Below are positions 30,212-40,100 of a stretch of 64,000 bases of DNA, in pieces. Made by a program: the position numbers and the translations under genes. The stretch is from a virus. Lineage: Duplodnaviria > Heunggongvirae > Uroviricota > Caudoviricetes. A model generated the notes under the pieces. The model was not told where the DNA came from. It saw only the letters and a list, made by a program, of their open reading frames with translations, and ran no database searches. The stretch lies in the IMG/VR virus record IMGVR_UViG_3300042322_000140, positions 64,228 to 128,227 of that record, one strand, 5' to 3'. How positions within the stretch are numbered: position 1 is the first letter of the stretch; every line of letters begins with the position of its first letter.

Positions 30212-30427
30212 ATGAATACAGATAGTATAGTATATTACAAGGACGATGTAAACAAGCACCCATTTTTAGTACATGCAGTACTTAATGATAATAGTGTAGT
30301 ACTAGGGTTGGCAGAGTACCCCGATGTAGAGCAAGACTTTGGAACACCAATAGATATTTTGAGTGAGTTCGAGGGGGAAGAAAAAACAGCCAAAGCTAGA
30401 CAAATTTATTATCTAATAGAGCAGTAA
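30212..30427 (+). CDS. hypothetical small protein
   Basis: The track ORF at 30155 begins with GTG. The first ATG (MNTDSIVYY) is at 30212. Confidence 0.4.
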   Translation: MNTDSIVYYKDDVNKHPFLVHAVLNDNSVVLGLAEYPDVEQDFGTPIDILSEFEGEEKTAKARQIYYLIEQ

Positions 30428-30428
30428 G

Positions 30429-30644
30429 ATGAAACATACAATAGTAGTAGGAACAATAGAGTTTCTAAATAGAAAAGCAATCATACACGATATAGAAGAA
30501 GTATATCATGCTGGAAGTAAAGAAGAACAAGAAGTACTAGAAGATACATTCAATCAAGAGGGGTTAGACTACCTAACCATAGAGAAGTATCAAGGGAACA
30601 TAGAAGTAACAAAACAATTATTAATCAAACTACTAACAAACTAA
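30429..30644 (+). CDS. hypothetical protein
   Basis: 71 aa. Confidence 0.4.
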   Translation: MKHTIVVGTIEFLNRKAIIHDIEEVYHAGSKEEQEVLEDTFNQEGLDYLTIEKYQGNIEVTKQLLIKLLTN

Positions 30645-30650
30645 TACAAC

Positions 30651-30851
30651 ATGCGTTCAATCCACATACCACAACAACTAAAAGAACAATACATAGGGGC
30701 AGTACTAGGGGGGCAGACTAGAGTAACGATACAAGGAATAGAAATATCGTGGAAAGCACTACCTAGCAAAAGAGAGTTGGGGGAAAAAGAGAGGGAGAAG
30801 ATAGCACTTCAAATGGCAGAAAGAGATTTGAGTGCAGTTTTGGGGGGGTAA
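30651..30851 (+). CDS. hypothetical protein
   Basis: 66 aa. Confidence 0.4.
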   Translation: MRSIHIPQQLKEQYIGAVLGGQTRVTIQGIEISWKALPSKRELGEKEREKIALQMAERDLSAVLGG

Positions 30852-31048
30852 TTACATTATTCGCATCTCGGCTCGGGAGGTAGATAAATAATTCGCAACG
30901 AAGTTAGCAGTTTATTGAGAATAATTCAAAGATTGTGTACGTTTCTAAAGGGGTGGATAGCCCCCTCCCATGATTTGAGGTAGTTTCGCAGTAGTTTAAA
31001 TTAGGTAATACGATTAGCTATTACTATATAGTAAAAAAGATAAAAAGT

Positions 31049-31339
31049 ATGAAAAAGCAACATATCCAACAAGACATTGGAAGTATTATATCAAGGTATG
31101 GTATCTTTGATATTGGAGAAGTACAAGGAGAGACTTCCCCTAGTATAGAAACAAGAGGTAATCTAGTTAGTCTCCTAGAGGAGTTTAGACAAGACCATGC
31201 AATAGTGGTTGTATATGATAGTAACTATTCTATTGTGGATACTTATAGACTATCTTATATAGATATGCCATTAGATACTTTGAAAGAAGTAAGAGCATTA
31301 TGTTTGCAGTATGAAGAAGTACAAGCAGATTTAGATTAA
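31049..31339 (+). CDS. hypothetical protein
   Basis: 96 aa. Confidence 0.45.
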   Translation: MKKQHIQQDIGSIISRYGIFDIGEVQGETSPSIETRGNLVSLLEEFRQDHAIVVVYDSNYSIVDTYRLSYIDMPLDTLKEVRALCLQYEEVQADLD

Positions 31340-31447
31340 CTAGTTTACTTTTTTTTGATGCCGAAAATATTTTAAAAATAATTGTAAAAAAGTTTGGTAG
31401 TTACATTTTAATTGCTTACCTTTGATTAACAAATTAAAACAAACATT

Positions 31448-31849
31448 ATGAACACAGAGACTAAAAAATCAGTACTAGCGTTATGTAAAAATAACCCACA
31501 ACTAACAGAGTTTGTTAAGCAGACTTTTTTAAGATACACCGATAAAGAAATTATTTTCCTAGACGATGTTTCAAATTGGAATTGGGATTTTGAATTTGAT
31601 TATGGTAATAGTGCATTCGCTTTAAGAAACGAAGATATGCTAGAACTTGATAAAGATTTACCAATAGAAGATAGAGGTTGGCAACCGGAGACTATGGAAG
31701 AATTTTTTGAAGAGTATGGTTGTGATTTTGATTGGGATAAACTAACTTTAGACAACGGCAAAGTTTTATTCTTACTAGACCAAGAAGAATACCTAGAGTT
31801 TCTAGTTTTAGACCAAGACAAAATAGAAGAGGGTTACGCAATTTTATAA
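31448..31849 (+). CDS. small acidic protein (W/D/E-rich)
   Basis: 133 aa, DWDWDFEFDYGN...; very acidic. Confidence 0.5.
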   Translation: MNTETKKSVLALCKNNPQLTEFVKQTFLRYTDKEIIFLDDVSNWNWDFEFDYGNSAFALRNEDMLELDKDLPIEDRGWQPETMEEFFEEYGCDFDWDKLTLDNGKVLFLLDQEEYLEFLVLDQDKIEEGYAIL

Positions 31850-31868
31850 ATTAGTTAATACAAACATT

Positions 31869-32105
31869 ATGAAAGAAATTAAGATTTTTAGAATTAGATA
31901 CTACGATGATAACACAGATTATTTTTTCAAAGGTATCGAAGAGTTAAGAGACTTTGCCAAAGAAAGAATAAATGGTGGTTGGGAAACAGAAACAACTGAA
32001 GAAGATTTAGACGATGATGCTAAACTATTTGATTTTCTTATAGAAGATTATGGCGAAGAACTTACAGAACTATTCAGCATTAAGCTAGAAGATTTTAATC
32101 AATAA
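31869..32105 (+). CDS. small acidic protein
   Basis: 78 aa, E/D-rich. Confidence 0.45.
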   Translation: MKEIKIFRIRYYDDNTDYFFKGIEELRDFAKERINGGWETETTEEDLDDDAKLFDFLIEDYGEELTELFSIKLEDFNQ

Positions 32106-32115
32106 ACTAACTAGT

Positions 32116-32313
32116 ATGAAGTTAAATGAAAATCACCGAAGAGTGCTACTAGATGAACTAGAAATAGCAACGGCTCAATATAATGAGCATATACTTTTAA
32201 AAGAAGATGCCCCTAGTTTATCCGAAGGATATTGTGAAATTCGTATCTTCCTAGAAACAGAGAGGATAGAGTTAATCAAAAAAAGTTTAATCACTAACGA
32301 GATAGACTACTAG
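32116..32313 (+). CDS. hypothetical small protein
   Basis: 65 aa, with a motif start. Confidence 0.4.
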   Translation: MKLNENHRRVLLDELEIATAQYNEHILLKEDAPSLSEGYCEIRIFLETERIELIKKSLITNEIDY

Positions 32314-32400
32314 TAAAAAAAATTTAAAAATAATTGTAAAAAAGTTTGGTAGTGTAGAATTAATTACTTATCTTTGACTAACTTAAAAAACAGAAACATT

Positions 32401-32727
32401 ATGAACACAAGAATTTTAAACAACGATTTAGACAACCTAGAAGTTGAAGTATCAAGATATTTCTCCGAGTTGCTAGAAGAACAACAAGAGTTTATTATCT
32501 TTGCAGAAGAAGATTTAGAACACGATGCCCCCGATGATTACCTAGAGGTAAGAAACGACATGACCGGAAACGTATTTGATGTACACCCATTGAAAGTTAC
32601 CAAAGAGGGTATCCTAGTTGTTGAAAGTGATGGAAGTTTTGTAAGACACTTAATTAGAATACACGACCTATCTAGCGTACAAGACCGAATTAACTTATGT
32701 GAACTAATGGAGAACCTTTTAGACTAA
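32401..32727 (+). CDS. small acidic protein
   Basis: Start set to the ATG at 32401, downstream of the promoter whose -7 box is at 32369-32376. Confidence 0.45.
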   Translation: MNTRILNNDLDNLEVEVSRYFSELLEEQQEFIIFAEEDLEHDAPDDYLEVRNDMTGNVFDVHPLKVTKEGILVVESDGSFVRHLIRIHDLSSVQDRINLCELMENLLD

Positions 32728-32732
32728 CTAAT

Positions 32733-33050
32733 ATGGACAGACAAGAAGATTGCAGATTAATAGCAGAGTTTTTAGGTTGGAATAAGTCTTTAGGTATAAC
32801 CTACCACAAAGATACAAAAGTAACTACGGCAAAGCATTTTGATTTTGTTGCCAACGGAGATTGGAACGGCTTAATGAAAGTAGTAGAAAAAATAGAGAGT
32901 TTAGGAGTATGTGTAGAGATAAGAGAAAATGTATGTTACATATCCCCATTTCCAAACAACTATATTTCCGAACTAGAACAGACTAAACTACAAGCAACAT
33001 TCAAGGCAGTAGTAGAATTTATAAAATGGTATAACAATCAAACTAACTAA
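32733..33050 (+). CDS. hypothetical protein
   Basis: 105 aa, with a motif start. Confidence 0.45.
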   Translation: MDRQEDCRLIAEFLGWNKSLGITYHKDTKVTTAKHFDFVANGDWNGLMKVVEKIESLGVCVEIRENVCYISPFPNNYISELEQTKLQATFKAVVEFIKWYNNQTN

Positions 33051-33051
33051 T

Positions 33052-33228
33052 ATGAAAATTACAATTTTAGATTTTAGTACCGGAGAAGTTTTTATCTTCC
33101 CCTTTGATGAAAATGTGTACGAAGATGCACAAGATTTTTTTGATAGCGAATATTGTACAGACAGAGGTATAAACCTATCAAATTGTGAGTACATGGTATC
33201 GGATACCTTAACCCTACAAATATTTTAA
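33052..33228 (+). CDS. hypothetical small acidic protein (58 aa, below track cutoff)
   Basis: Exact start motif CAAACTAACTAATATG. It ends at a TAA inside the next motif. Confidence 0.35.
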   Translation: MKITILDFSTGEVFIFPFDENVYEDAQDFFDSEYCTDRGINLSNCEYMVSDTLTLQIF

Positions 33229-33238
33229 ATTAACTAGT

Positions 33239-33514
33239 ATGAAAATTTTTAACAGATTGAACAATAAGTTCGAGGATTTTGATAACCAAGAGTTTTATCT
33301 AACCATAATGGTTGATGAATTAAGAGACGACAAAGCAGAAGTAGTAACATTGATTGATACTAAAACTTCTTTAGTATTGCCCCTAAATAGTGAAGATGAT
33401 TTTGACACTATTCAAGCAGTAGAGTTATTCAAAAAAGAAGATAAAAGATTTGCTATCTATGTAGATTTTTTTAGAAACGACAACCCAAGTAGTCTTAAAG
33501 AAATTTTAAACTAA
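33239..33514 (+). CDS. small acidic protein
   Basis: 91 aa. Confidence 0.45.
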   Translation: MKIFNRLNNKFEDFDNQEFYLTIMVDELRDDKAEVVTLIDTKTSLVLPLNSEDDFDTIQAVELFKKEDKRFAIYVDFFRNDNPSSLKEILN

Positions 33515-33519
33515 CTAAT

Positions 33520-33723
33520 ATGAACTCAATAAGTAAAATCGAAGAAGTACTATTTGACAAATTTAATACATCATTCAGTATAAGTAGAGACAAGTATGGT
33601 TATATGGTAACACCAAACGATACTTTAGCACTAGCAGAATATTTAGAAACAGATGCAAATAGCGATGATTTTGTCAGCGATTTAGACAAGATTGAAGTAG
33701 CAGTCAATATTCTGTTTCTTTAG
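33520..33723 (+). CDS. hypothetical small protein
   Basis: 67 aa. Confidence 0.4.
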   Translation: MNSISKIEEVLFDKFNTSFSISRDKYGYMVTPNDTLALAEYLETDANSDDFVSDLDKIEVAVNILFL

Positions 33724-33856
33724 TTTTTTACAAGGCGAAAAAAAAAATAAAAATAATTGCAAAAAAGTTTGGTGGTTTAAAATAATTGCCGTATATTTGT
33801 ATAACAAAACAGAGGGATAGCCGAAACCCTAACCTAGTAGGCACAAATCAAATATT

Positions 33857-34162
33857 ATGAAAAGAACAATAGAACAAAGCATTCTAGCAGTAGAGCAAAA
33901 TTTAAGCAGTGTATTCACTAAAGAGGACGTACTAGAACTATTACAAAACATTGAACAAGAAACAAACCTCACAGACGAACAGAGAGAAAGTATTGTTTCG
34001 GACATCATGCAGAACATAGAGTATGAAGAAGATAACATTGTTGATAAAGATAGTGTAAGACTAGATATTGATAGTAGTAACTATGTAACTATTGATAGTG
34101 TAGCAATAGACTTTGATATTATTAGAAAAGCAGTAAAAGACGTTGTAATTAACCTAGACTAA
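33857..34162 (+). CDS. small acidic protein
   Basis: 101 aa. Confidence 0.45.
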   Translation: MKRTIEQSILAVEQNLSSVFTKEDVLELLQNIEQETNLTDEQRESIVSDIMQNIEYEEDNIVDKDSVRLDIDSSNYVTIDSVAIDFDIIRKAVKDVVINLD

Positions 34163-34309
34163 CATGGTAACTATTTGTGTGATGCCAAACTTAAAAGGCA
34201 CAAGAGCAGAACATTGTAAAGCACTATTGGTATGCTTGGCAATAGATATGACTTACATTATACCAATACTAACAACAATTTAAACAAACTAATTTAAAAA
34301 TCAATTATT

Positions 34310-34897
34310 ATGACAAACAATTTATTTAACGGCTTACAAGTCGTAACCGGAGAAGTTAAAGCAAACTTATTAGACGAGAACACTGACATCAGTATTTCAT
34401 TAAGAGGAGTAGTATCCTTAACCAAAGGAAACTTTGAGCAAACCTACAATTATTGGGTTAATAATTGTGAGAACACAAGATACGGATATGTTGATTGTGA
34501 TGATTGGGATTGGGACGAGCAATCAACCAAACTAGGTGGGTTACCTATTGATAGTTTAAGCCAACTAAGACAAACACTACAAAATAGTGGATTGAGTACT
34601 CTAGCAAATAGCCTTGATTTTGAAGAGGAAGAAAGAAGAAAAGCAATATTTCTAACAATTCAAAATAGCATCGGTTTCCAAAAGCAGTTTGGTAAGAAAG
34701 CAAAGTTTTGGAGATTTTTAAGCCCCGATGAACAAACACTTGTTAGGTTAAGTTTTGCTATCGACAATTTTGATACTTGCCACGAACACGACAAAAGAAA
34801 TTTTGGTATCAAAAGTTATGATGAAGAGGGAGAAGAGATTAAGCACTATGTACCAACCCTAGAAGAGTTAAAAGAACTTAAAGAAAGTTTAACATAA
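34310..34897 (+). CDS. hypothetical protein
   Basis: 195 aa. Confidence 0.5.
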   Translation: MTNNLFNGLQVVTGEVKANLLDENTDISISLRGVVSLTKGNFEQTYNYWVNNCENTRYGYVDCDDWDWDEQSTKLGGLPIDSLSQLRQTLQNSGLSTLANSLDFEEEERRKAIFLTIQNSIGFQKQFGKKAKFWRFLSPDEQTLVRLSFAIDNFDTCHEHDKRNFGIKSYDEEGEEIKHYVPTLEELKELKESLT

Positions 34898-34904
34898 TCT
34901 TAAC

Positions 34905-35177
34905 ATGAAAGATTGGGCAGATACAAACATTTGCCCTATCTTTACAAAGAATTTAAAATCAATCATTATGCAAAACTTATTAAGATTAACTAGTACAAAG
35001 GGAGAGACTATCCTTATCGGAGTAGAGAGTATCATTTCAGTAGAGACACAAAAAACTACTGACACACAAGGTAGAGTATCGGAGTGTACCAAAATTTTTA
35101 GCCGTTCAGCTATGGCATCAAGTTATTGGGTTACCGAAAGTGTAGAGCAGATTTATAACCAATACAGAAACAAATAG
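34905..35177 (+). CDS. hypothetical protein
   Basis: 90 aa. Confidence 0.45.
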   Translation: MKDWADTNICPIFTKNLKSIIMQNLLRLTSTKGETILIGVESIISVETQKTTDTQGRVSECTKIFSRSAMASSYWVTESVEQIYNQYRNK

Positions 35178-35181
35178 AGTT

Positions 35182-35700
35182 ATGGAAGTAGATAAAAAAT
35201 GGTTTTATCATCGTAACAAACTAGTTACTTTAAACATAGAATTAAAAAATAAGTCAATAGATTTTGCTATTGAATTGATAGACAAGTTAATAGATAGTTT
35301 AATATACGACTTCAACGATTGGATACTATACATGCAAAGTATGTCCGACTATTCAATAGAGGAACTAGAAAGTTTTGAAGAACACTATCAAAATCTACTA
35401 ACCTTTGAAGAAAATTTAGATAACTTTGTAACCAAACGAGTAAAAAATATGGAAGATTTACTAGAGTTATACAAGAAAGACACATTCAGCGATGAAGATA
35501 ATAGATTAATTAATCTAGCAATCGACAACTATGAACTCTATACAGACGACATCAAAGAAGATTTCATGGGGTATATGTATTCAAACATACCTTTGAAATA
35601 TACACAAGAGGAGATTTGGGGATATACAGATGAGAACTATTCAAACGGACTAACACACAAAGAAAATTTTAACAATTTATTAAATTATTTAAACAAATAG
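35182..35700 (+). CDS. acidic hypothetical protein
   Basis: 172 aa. Confidence 0.5.
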   Translation: MEVDKKWFYHRNKLVTLNIELKNKSIDFAIELIDKLIDSLIYDFNDWILYMQSMSDYSIEELESFEEHYQNLLTFEENLDNFVTKRVKNMEDLLELYKKDTFSDEDNRLINLAIDNYELYTDDIKEDFMGYMYSNIPLKYTQEEIWGYTDENYSNGLTHKENFNNLLNYLNK

Positions 35701-35705
35701 AAATT

Positions 35706-36065
35706 ATGGGAAGATATTATACCGGAGACATTGAGGGAAAATTTTGGTTTGGTTTACAACCAAGCGATGCACCTAGCAGATTTGGAGGTACAGAGCAAGA
35801 ACCGGCTTACATCACATACGATTTTCAAGAGGATAACCTTGAAGAGATAGAAGAAGAAATCAAAAACATTCAAGAAAATCTAGGAGAAAAAATCGGTATC
35901 ATTGATAAATTTTTTGAGGACAACACCGGCTACAACGATGCTATGTTACAAGAAGTAGGTATCACTAACGATGAGTTAAGAGAGTATGCAGACTTACAAC
36001 TAGGTATTCAAATACGAGATTGTGTCAAAGAGCAAGGGTATTGTACAATGGATTGTGAAATTTAA
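35706..36065 (+). CDS. acidic hypothetical protein
   Basis: 119 aa. Confidence 0.5.
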   Translation: MGRYYTGDIEGKFWFGLQPSDAPSRFGGTEQEPAYITYDFQEDNLEEIEEEIKNIQENLGEKIGIIDKFFEDNTGYNDAMLQEVGITNDELREYADLQLGIQIRDCVKEQGYCTMDCEI

Positions 36066-36085
36066 ACTAACTAATATAAAGTAAG

Positions 36086-36310
36086 ATGAGAGTAGTTAGG
36101 ATAAACACAACGGCATACGAGGAAGAGGACTTCTTCTTAATGACAGATTTGACAGACGAACAGATTGAGGAAGTAATTACCCCAATAGTAGAACTAGAAC
36201 GCAACGATGAAAGTTACTATACAAACGAGGAACTAACAGAAACCTTGATGTACAAGTACCCTAATAATGTGATTGTGATGTACACAGATTTTGAAAAAAT
36301 AATTATCTAA
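36086..36310 (+). CDS. small acidic protein
   Basis: 74 aa. Confidence 0.4.
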   Translation: MRVVRINTTAYEEEDFFLMTDLTDEQIEEVITPIVELERNDESYYTNEELTETLMYKYPNNVIVMYTDFEKIII

Positions 36311-36370
36311 AAAAGTTTTGTAGATTAAAATAAAAGTATTATCTTTACCAAGAATTTAAAATCAACTATT

Positions 36371-36697
36371 ATGAAAAGAGACTACACCCCTAGACAGACA
36401 GAAATTATGGGTTTCTTAGAAAATCTAGTAAACCAAAGATTTAGTGAAGAGACACTAAACAAAACCTTATCGGAGTTTTTTAATGAGCCTATTGTTGTAG
36501 AGAACAACACACAAGATAGGATAGACAATAACGATTTTGATACGGAAGAAGATTTACCAACAGACTACAACTTGATGTTCAATGTTGATAATGAGCAAGA
36601 CTATGGGTATTATGATATTTATATGTTACCTATGCGTAGAGCAGGTTTTGATTATAGTACGATGTACATAACAGAGGTGGCTTATGAGTTCGATTAA
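36371..36697 (+). CDS. acidic hypothetical protein
   Basis: 108 aa. Confidence 0.45.
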   Translation: MKRDYTPRQTEIMGFLENLVNQRFSEETLNKTLSEFFNEPIVVENNTQDRIDNNDFDTEEDLPTDYNLMFNVDNEQDYGYYDIYMLPMRRAGFDYSTMYITEVAYEFD

Positions 36698-36908
36698 ACT
36701 ACACGATACGGACTATGTGCTTTGGGATAAAGCAAATGACCAATTAGTACGTTGGAGTAGCGATAGCGAGATTGTTATCTACGGAGACAAAGAAGAGGCA
36801 GAGGAAGATTGTTATGGTAACGAATACGTTACTAGATGCACAGACCTACCGGAACATCATCAAGAAGAATTAAGAAAACAAATTTCAAAGTATTATGAAA
36901 ACAATTAG
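36684..36908 (+). CDS. hypothetical protein
   Basis: 74 aa. Confidence 0.4.
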   Translation: MSSIKLHDTDYVLWDKANDQLVRWSSDSEIVIYGDKEEAEEDCYGNEYVTRCTDLPEHHQEELRKQISKYYENN

Positions 36909-37344
36909 AGAAAAAGTCCTAGAGCAAATTGGACTAGCAGAAGAAATACAAGAGATAGCCGGAATTAACATAGTAAATTGTGGTAATTGTGGAGAGGTAC
37001 TTCTTCATAGAATTACCGAAGATGAGTATATTGAATGCCCTTATTGTGATTGTAAGAGTGAGCCTTGTGATTTCCCCGATTTTTTATATCGTGGTATGGA
37101 GACCTCCGAAGCCTTTGATGAAGAGCCAGTAGTTACTGAAAATCTATTAGACGATGCAGTCAGTAAAATTACTGTGGCTTTGGTAAAAGGTTTGCAGTAC
37201 GGAGAGGAGTTAGAACTAAATGAAGAGTACACTTTGTACCACTATACCGAAGATGATGTTATTGTGTTGAACAGAACAGAAGATTGGGAAGAACTTTATC
37301 AAATATTGTACGAAGATGACAAGATAATTTTTGAGGTACTTTAA
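36895..37344 (+). CDS. Cys-cluster (zinc-ribbon-like) acidic protein
   Basis: 149 aa, CGNCGE...CPYCDC. Confidence 0.45.
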   Translation: MKTIREKVLEQIGLAEEIQEIAGINIVNCGNCGEVLLHRITEDEYIECPYCDCKSEPCDFPDFLYRGMETSEAFDEEPVVTENLLDDAVSKITVALVKGLQYGEELELNEEYTLYHYTEDDVIVLNRTEDWEELYQILYEDDKIIFEVL

Positions 37345-37354
37345 ATAAGATAGT

Positions 37355-37576
37355 ATGAGTAAGTATTTTAGCATTAACGGATATTGGAAAGATGACAAGT
37401 CCGAGTTTGAGGGGTTTATCGTCAAAGAGTATGACGATGCAGAAGAAGATGAGTTTAGAGATGAACAAATCTTACATTATGGTTTGAGTGAAAATGACCT
37501 CAAACATTCAGTTGATACCGGTGGTAATGATAATTTGGATTTTGTAGTAACTTCCTTTGGGGAAATAGATTTTTAA
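37355..37576 (+). CDS. small acidic protein
   Basis: 73 aa. Confidence 0.4.
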   Translation: MSKYFSINGYWKDDKSEFEGFIVKEYDDAEEDEFRDEQILHYGLSENDLKHSVDTGGNDNLDFVVTSFGEIDF

Positions 37577-37580
37577 TAGT

Positions 37581-37787
37581 ATGGAAGAATTAGCAGTTGT
37601 TACCGGATACATTATGTACTATGATTTGCTAGAGTTTAAAATCAATGGGAGTTTCTTCTCCAAGATTGATAAAGCTATGGAATTGGCAGATAAGTTTATA
37701 CAAAAGTATGACAAGGAGTACAGAGAGAATTGGACAGAATTAGATTGGGAAGAAACCCTAGATGAATTTATAACTAAAAACGATTAA
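37581..37787 (+). CDS. small acidic protein
   Basis: 68 aa. Confidence 0.4.
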   Translation: MEELAVVTGYIMYYDLLEFKINGSFFSKIDKAMELADKFIQKYDKEYRENWTELDWEETLDEFITKND

Positions 37788-37791
37788 TATT

Positions 37792-38001
37792 ATGAAATCA
37801 GTACACGAATTAAGTCAAGACGAACTGCAAGAATTAAGAAGTCGTTGGTATAGCCAACACGAAGACGATGGCTCGTTAGAAGAGGTTTTAGAAACAGAAG
37901 TTGATGATGAAACCGAAGTGCCTATGGACGTTGTAATAGCATATTACGAGGGAACGTATTTTGTAGAAGAGGATTTTTGGTGTAATCTTTCAAATGCCTA
38001 A
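37792..38001 (+). CDS. small acidic protein
   Basis: 69 aa, E/D-rich. Confidence 0.4.
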   Translation: MKSVHELSQDELQELRSRWYSQHEDDGSLEEVLETEVDDETEVPMDVVIAYYEGTYFVEEDFWCNLSNA

Positions 38002-38003
38002 GT

Positions 38004-38423
38004 ATGACTAGAATATCAGTTGGGGTAAGAGCAATAGAGCTTTGCGATGCCCACTTAATCAAAGAAAGAATTGAACTATTAAGAATACCGAATGCAATAA
38101 AGTCCGGTAAAGCAGTTGTTAAAGACATACCTAAAAGTTTTACTTTAGGTGTAGGGCATGTTAAATTCTTTTATGACAAATTGGGTTACCTACAAGAAAG
38201 GTACGAAGAACTTACGGCAGAGTGTTTAGAAAGAGATTTTAAGATAACAGACTTCTCGGATAGCTTTGCAAACTTACCCACAAACCTTTGTAATAATTAC
38301 CAAGAAAGAGATATTGATAGAGTAATTGTCGTAGAGAGAGTTAATGAGAGATTGCTAGGCATGAAAAACTTGAAGTACAACAGAGAGCAAATTGATGTAG
38401 AACATTTATTAATTAAAAAATAA
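38004..38423 (+). CDS. hypothetical protein
   Basis: 139 aa. Confidence 0.45.
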   Translation: MTRISVGVRAIELCDAHLIKERIELLRIPNAIKSGKAVVKDIPKSFTLGVGHVKFFYDKLGYLQERYEELTAECLERDFKITDFSDSFANLPTNLCNNYQERDIDRVIVVERVNERLLGMKNLKYNREQIDVEHLLIKK

Positions 38424-38487
38424 TCAAAAAAGTTTTGGTAATCACAAAAAAAGAATTACCTTTGTAAAAAATTTAAAATCAACAACT

Positions 38488-38865
38488 ATGAAAAATTTAA
38501 CGGCAGAGCAAAGATTAGTCTTTGTAAGACAAGATGTAGCAAGATTGCTAGAACAATTACCGGAAAAGGTTTTAATAACGCCTATCGAGGGGTTTGAGGA
38601 CTTAGAAACCATATTAAGCAATATCGCAGTCGCTTGTGATGAAGAAGACCAAGAGCCAAAACATTGGCTTGTAACATGGTACGAAGTATTTAGGCATGAT
38701 GACGAGGAAGGTACAGAAACTATTGCTAATTTCGATACAGAGAAACAAGCAAAAGACTTTATGTATGATTACTCAATGAGGTATCCGGAAGTAGAGTTAT
38801 ATTATGACGAGTGGCAGAGTAATGCAGACGGAAGTGGAGTAGCAAAAAGAAACCCTATAAACTAA
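38488..38865 (+). CDS. acidic hypothetical protein
   Basis: 125 aa. Confidence 0.45.
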   Translation: MKNLTAEQRLVFVRQDVARLLEQLPEKVLITPIEGFEDLETILSNIAVACDEEDQEPKHWLVTWYEVFRHDDEEGTETIANFDTEKQAKDFMYDYSMRYPEVELYYDEWQSNADGSGVAKRNPIN

Positions 38866-38870
38866 CTAAT

Positions 38871-39071
38871 ATGAACGCAAAAAAAATACTAGGGGAATTG
38901 TTGGACTTACAAAGTAATGGACACGACTTGGAAAATATAGAAGTTTATTACAGAAACAATCCCGATAGTGATGTTGAAAGCATATCATTTGTTTCGGAAG
39001 ATTTGTATGACGAACAGACAAATAGCATATTGAGAAGTATAGTATTAATGGAAGAAATTGAAGAAGTATGA
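38871..39071 (+). CDS. small acidic protein
   Basis: 66 aa, with a motif start. Confidence 0.4.
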   Translation: MNAKKILGELLDLQSNGHDLENIEVYYRNNPDSDVESISFVSEDLYDEQTNSILRSIVLMEEIEEV

Positions 39072-39295
39072 GAATTATAGTAGAGTATTTTCCGGAGATA
39101 GACGAAGTTACACAAGTCTATATAAGACACTCAATCACACCAAGTATGGTATCTAGTGATGAAACCAGTAGTCATTATAATATTGACTTCTGTATAGAGC
39201 AGTTAGAAGAGGGTAACAAAAAAGGAGTATTTACTGAAGACATCAAACTTTTACATGAGTTAATGCAAGAGGGTGTTGAATATATAGAAATTTAA
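39068..39295 (+). CDS. hypothetical protein
   Basis: 75 aa. Confidence 0.4.
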   Translation: MRIIVEYFPEIDEVTQVYIRHSITPSMVSSDETSSHYNIDFCIEQLEEGNKKGVFTEDIKLLHELMQEGVEYIEI

Positions 39296-39297
39296 TT

Positions 39298-39519
39298 ATG
39301 AATACAATAGAACAAGCAAAACAAGTATTAAGAGACAACGGATATTACGTTGATAATCTTTGGAGTGTAGAAGACGTAGTAAGTAACTATAATTGTACAG
39401 ACGAGGAGGCACAAGAGGTGCTAGATGGGGCATTACAAAATAATGCTACAATGGAACAAATTTGGTATGCTATTAATTACCATGCAGAAGAAATAGGGTT
39501 AACTAAAATAGAGCAGTAA
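39298..39519 (+). CDS. hypothetical protein
   Basis: 73 aa. Confidence 0.4.
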   Translation: MNTIEQAKQVLRDNGYYVDNLWSVEDVVSNYNCTDEEAQEVLDGALQNNATMEQIWYAINYHAEEIGLTKIEQ

Positions 39520-39704
39520 TGATGTTAGCAATAGCAATTATACTAGGTATCGCTATGATACTTAATATTGTAGAGACAAATGGTAACTATAATGTATTAA
39601 TGGCATCAGCATTAGTAATATCTTTGTGGGGGTTAAGTCTTACACTTGCAATAATAGTGTTAGTAGTTTTGATTTTGATCGGTATAAGCTGTTTAATGAA
39701 ATAG
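39519..39704 (+). CDS. small 2-TM membrane protein
   Basis: 61 aa, almost entirely hydrophobic (two helices). Confidence 0.45.
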   Translation: MMLAIAIILGIAMILNIVETNGNYNVLMASALVISLWGLSLTLAIIVLVVLILIGISCLMK

Positions 39705-39706
39705 TA

Positions 39707-39871
39707 ATGACTTATATTGTATTCGAGTATAACTTGAAGTCAAACACCTTTGGCAAAGTAGTAAAGAAAGGTTTAACAAAAGAGAAAGCCAAGTCCCTAG
39801 TTACAGAGCTAGGGGTTGGTTATTCTTATGGGGAAACAAATAGAATGTTAGAAGATTTTAAACTAAAATAA
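39707..39871 (+). CDS. hypothetical small protein
   Basis: Start trimmed to the ATG after the membrane-protein stop. The track ORF at 39626 overlaps the previous gene. Confidence 0.35.
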   Translation: MTYIVFEYNLKSNTFGKVVKKGLTKEKAKSLVTELGVGYSYGETNRMLEDFKLK

Positions 39872-39875
39872 TATT

Positions 39876-40100
39876 ATGGACATTAGAATAAATATAGTAG
39901 AAGTAGCTACAATACTTGCAGATAGAGACCTAATAACTTCATTTGGAGATGAGGGAGGTAAGCATAGATTTCCAAATGGTATCATACTAGACCTAGATGA
40001 TGAGACTTCTCACACAGAAGAGGCACAAGACTATGTTAATGCAAGATACGATTATTGGTATGACTTTTTGTGGGACTTAAAAAGAGCAGAGTATGAATAA
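39876..40100 (+). CDS. hypothetical protein
   Basis: 74 aa. Confidence 0.4.
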   Translation: MDIRINIVEVATILADRDLITSFGDEGGKHRFPNGIILDLDDETSHTEEAQDYVNARYDYWYDFLWDLKRAEYE

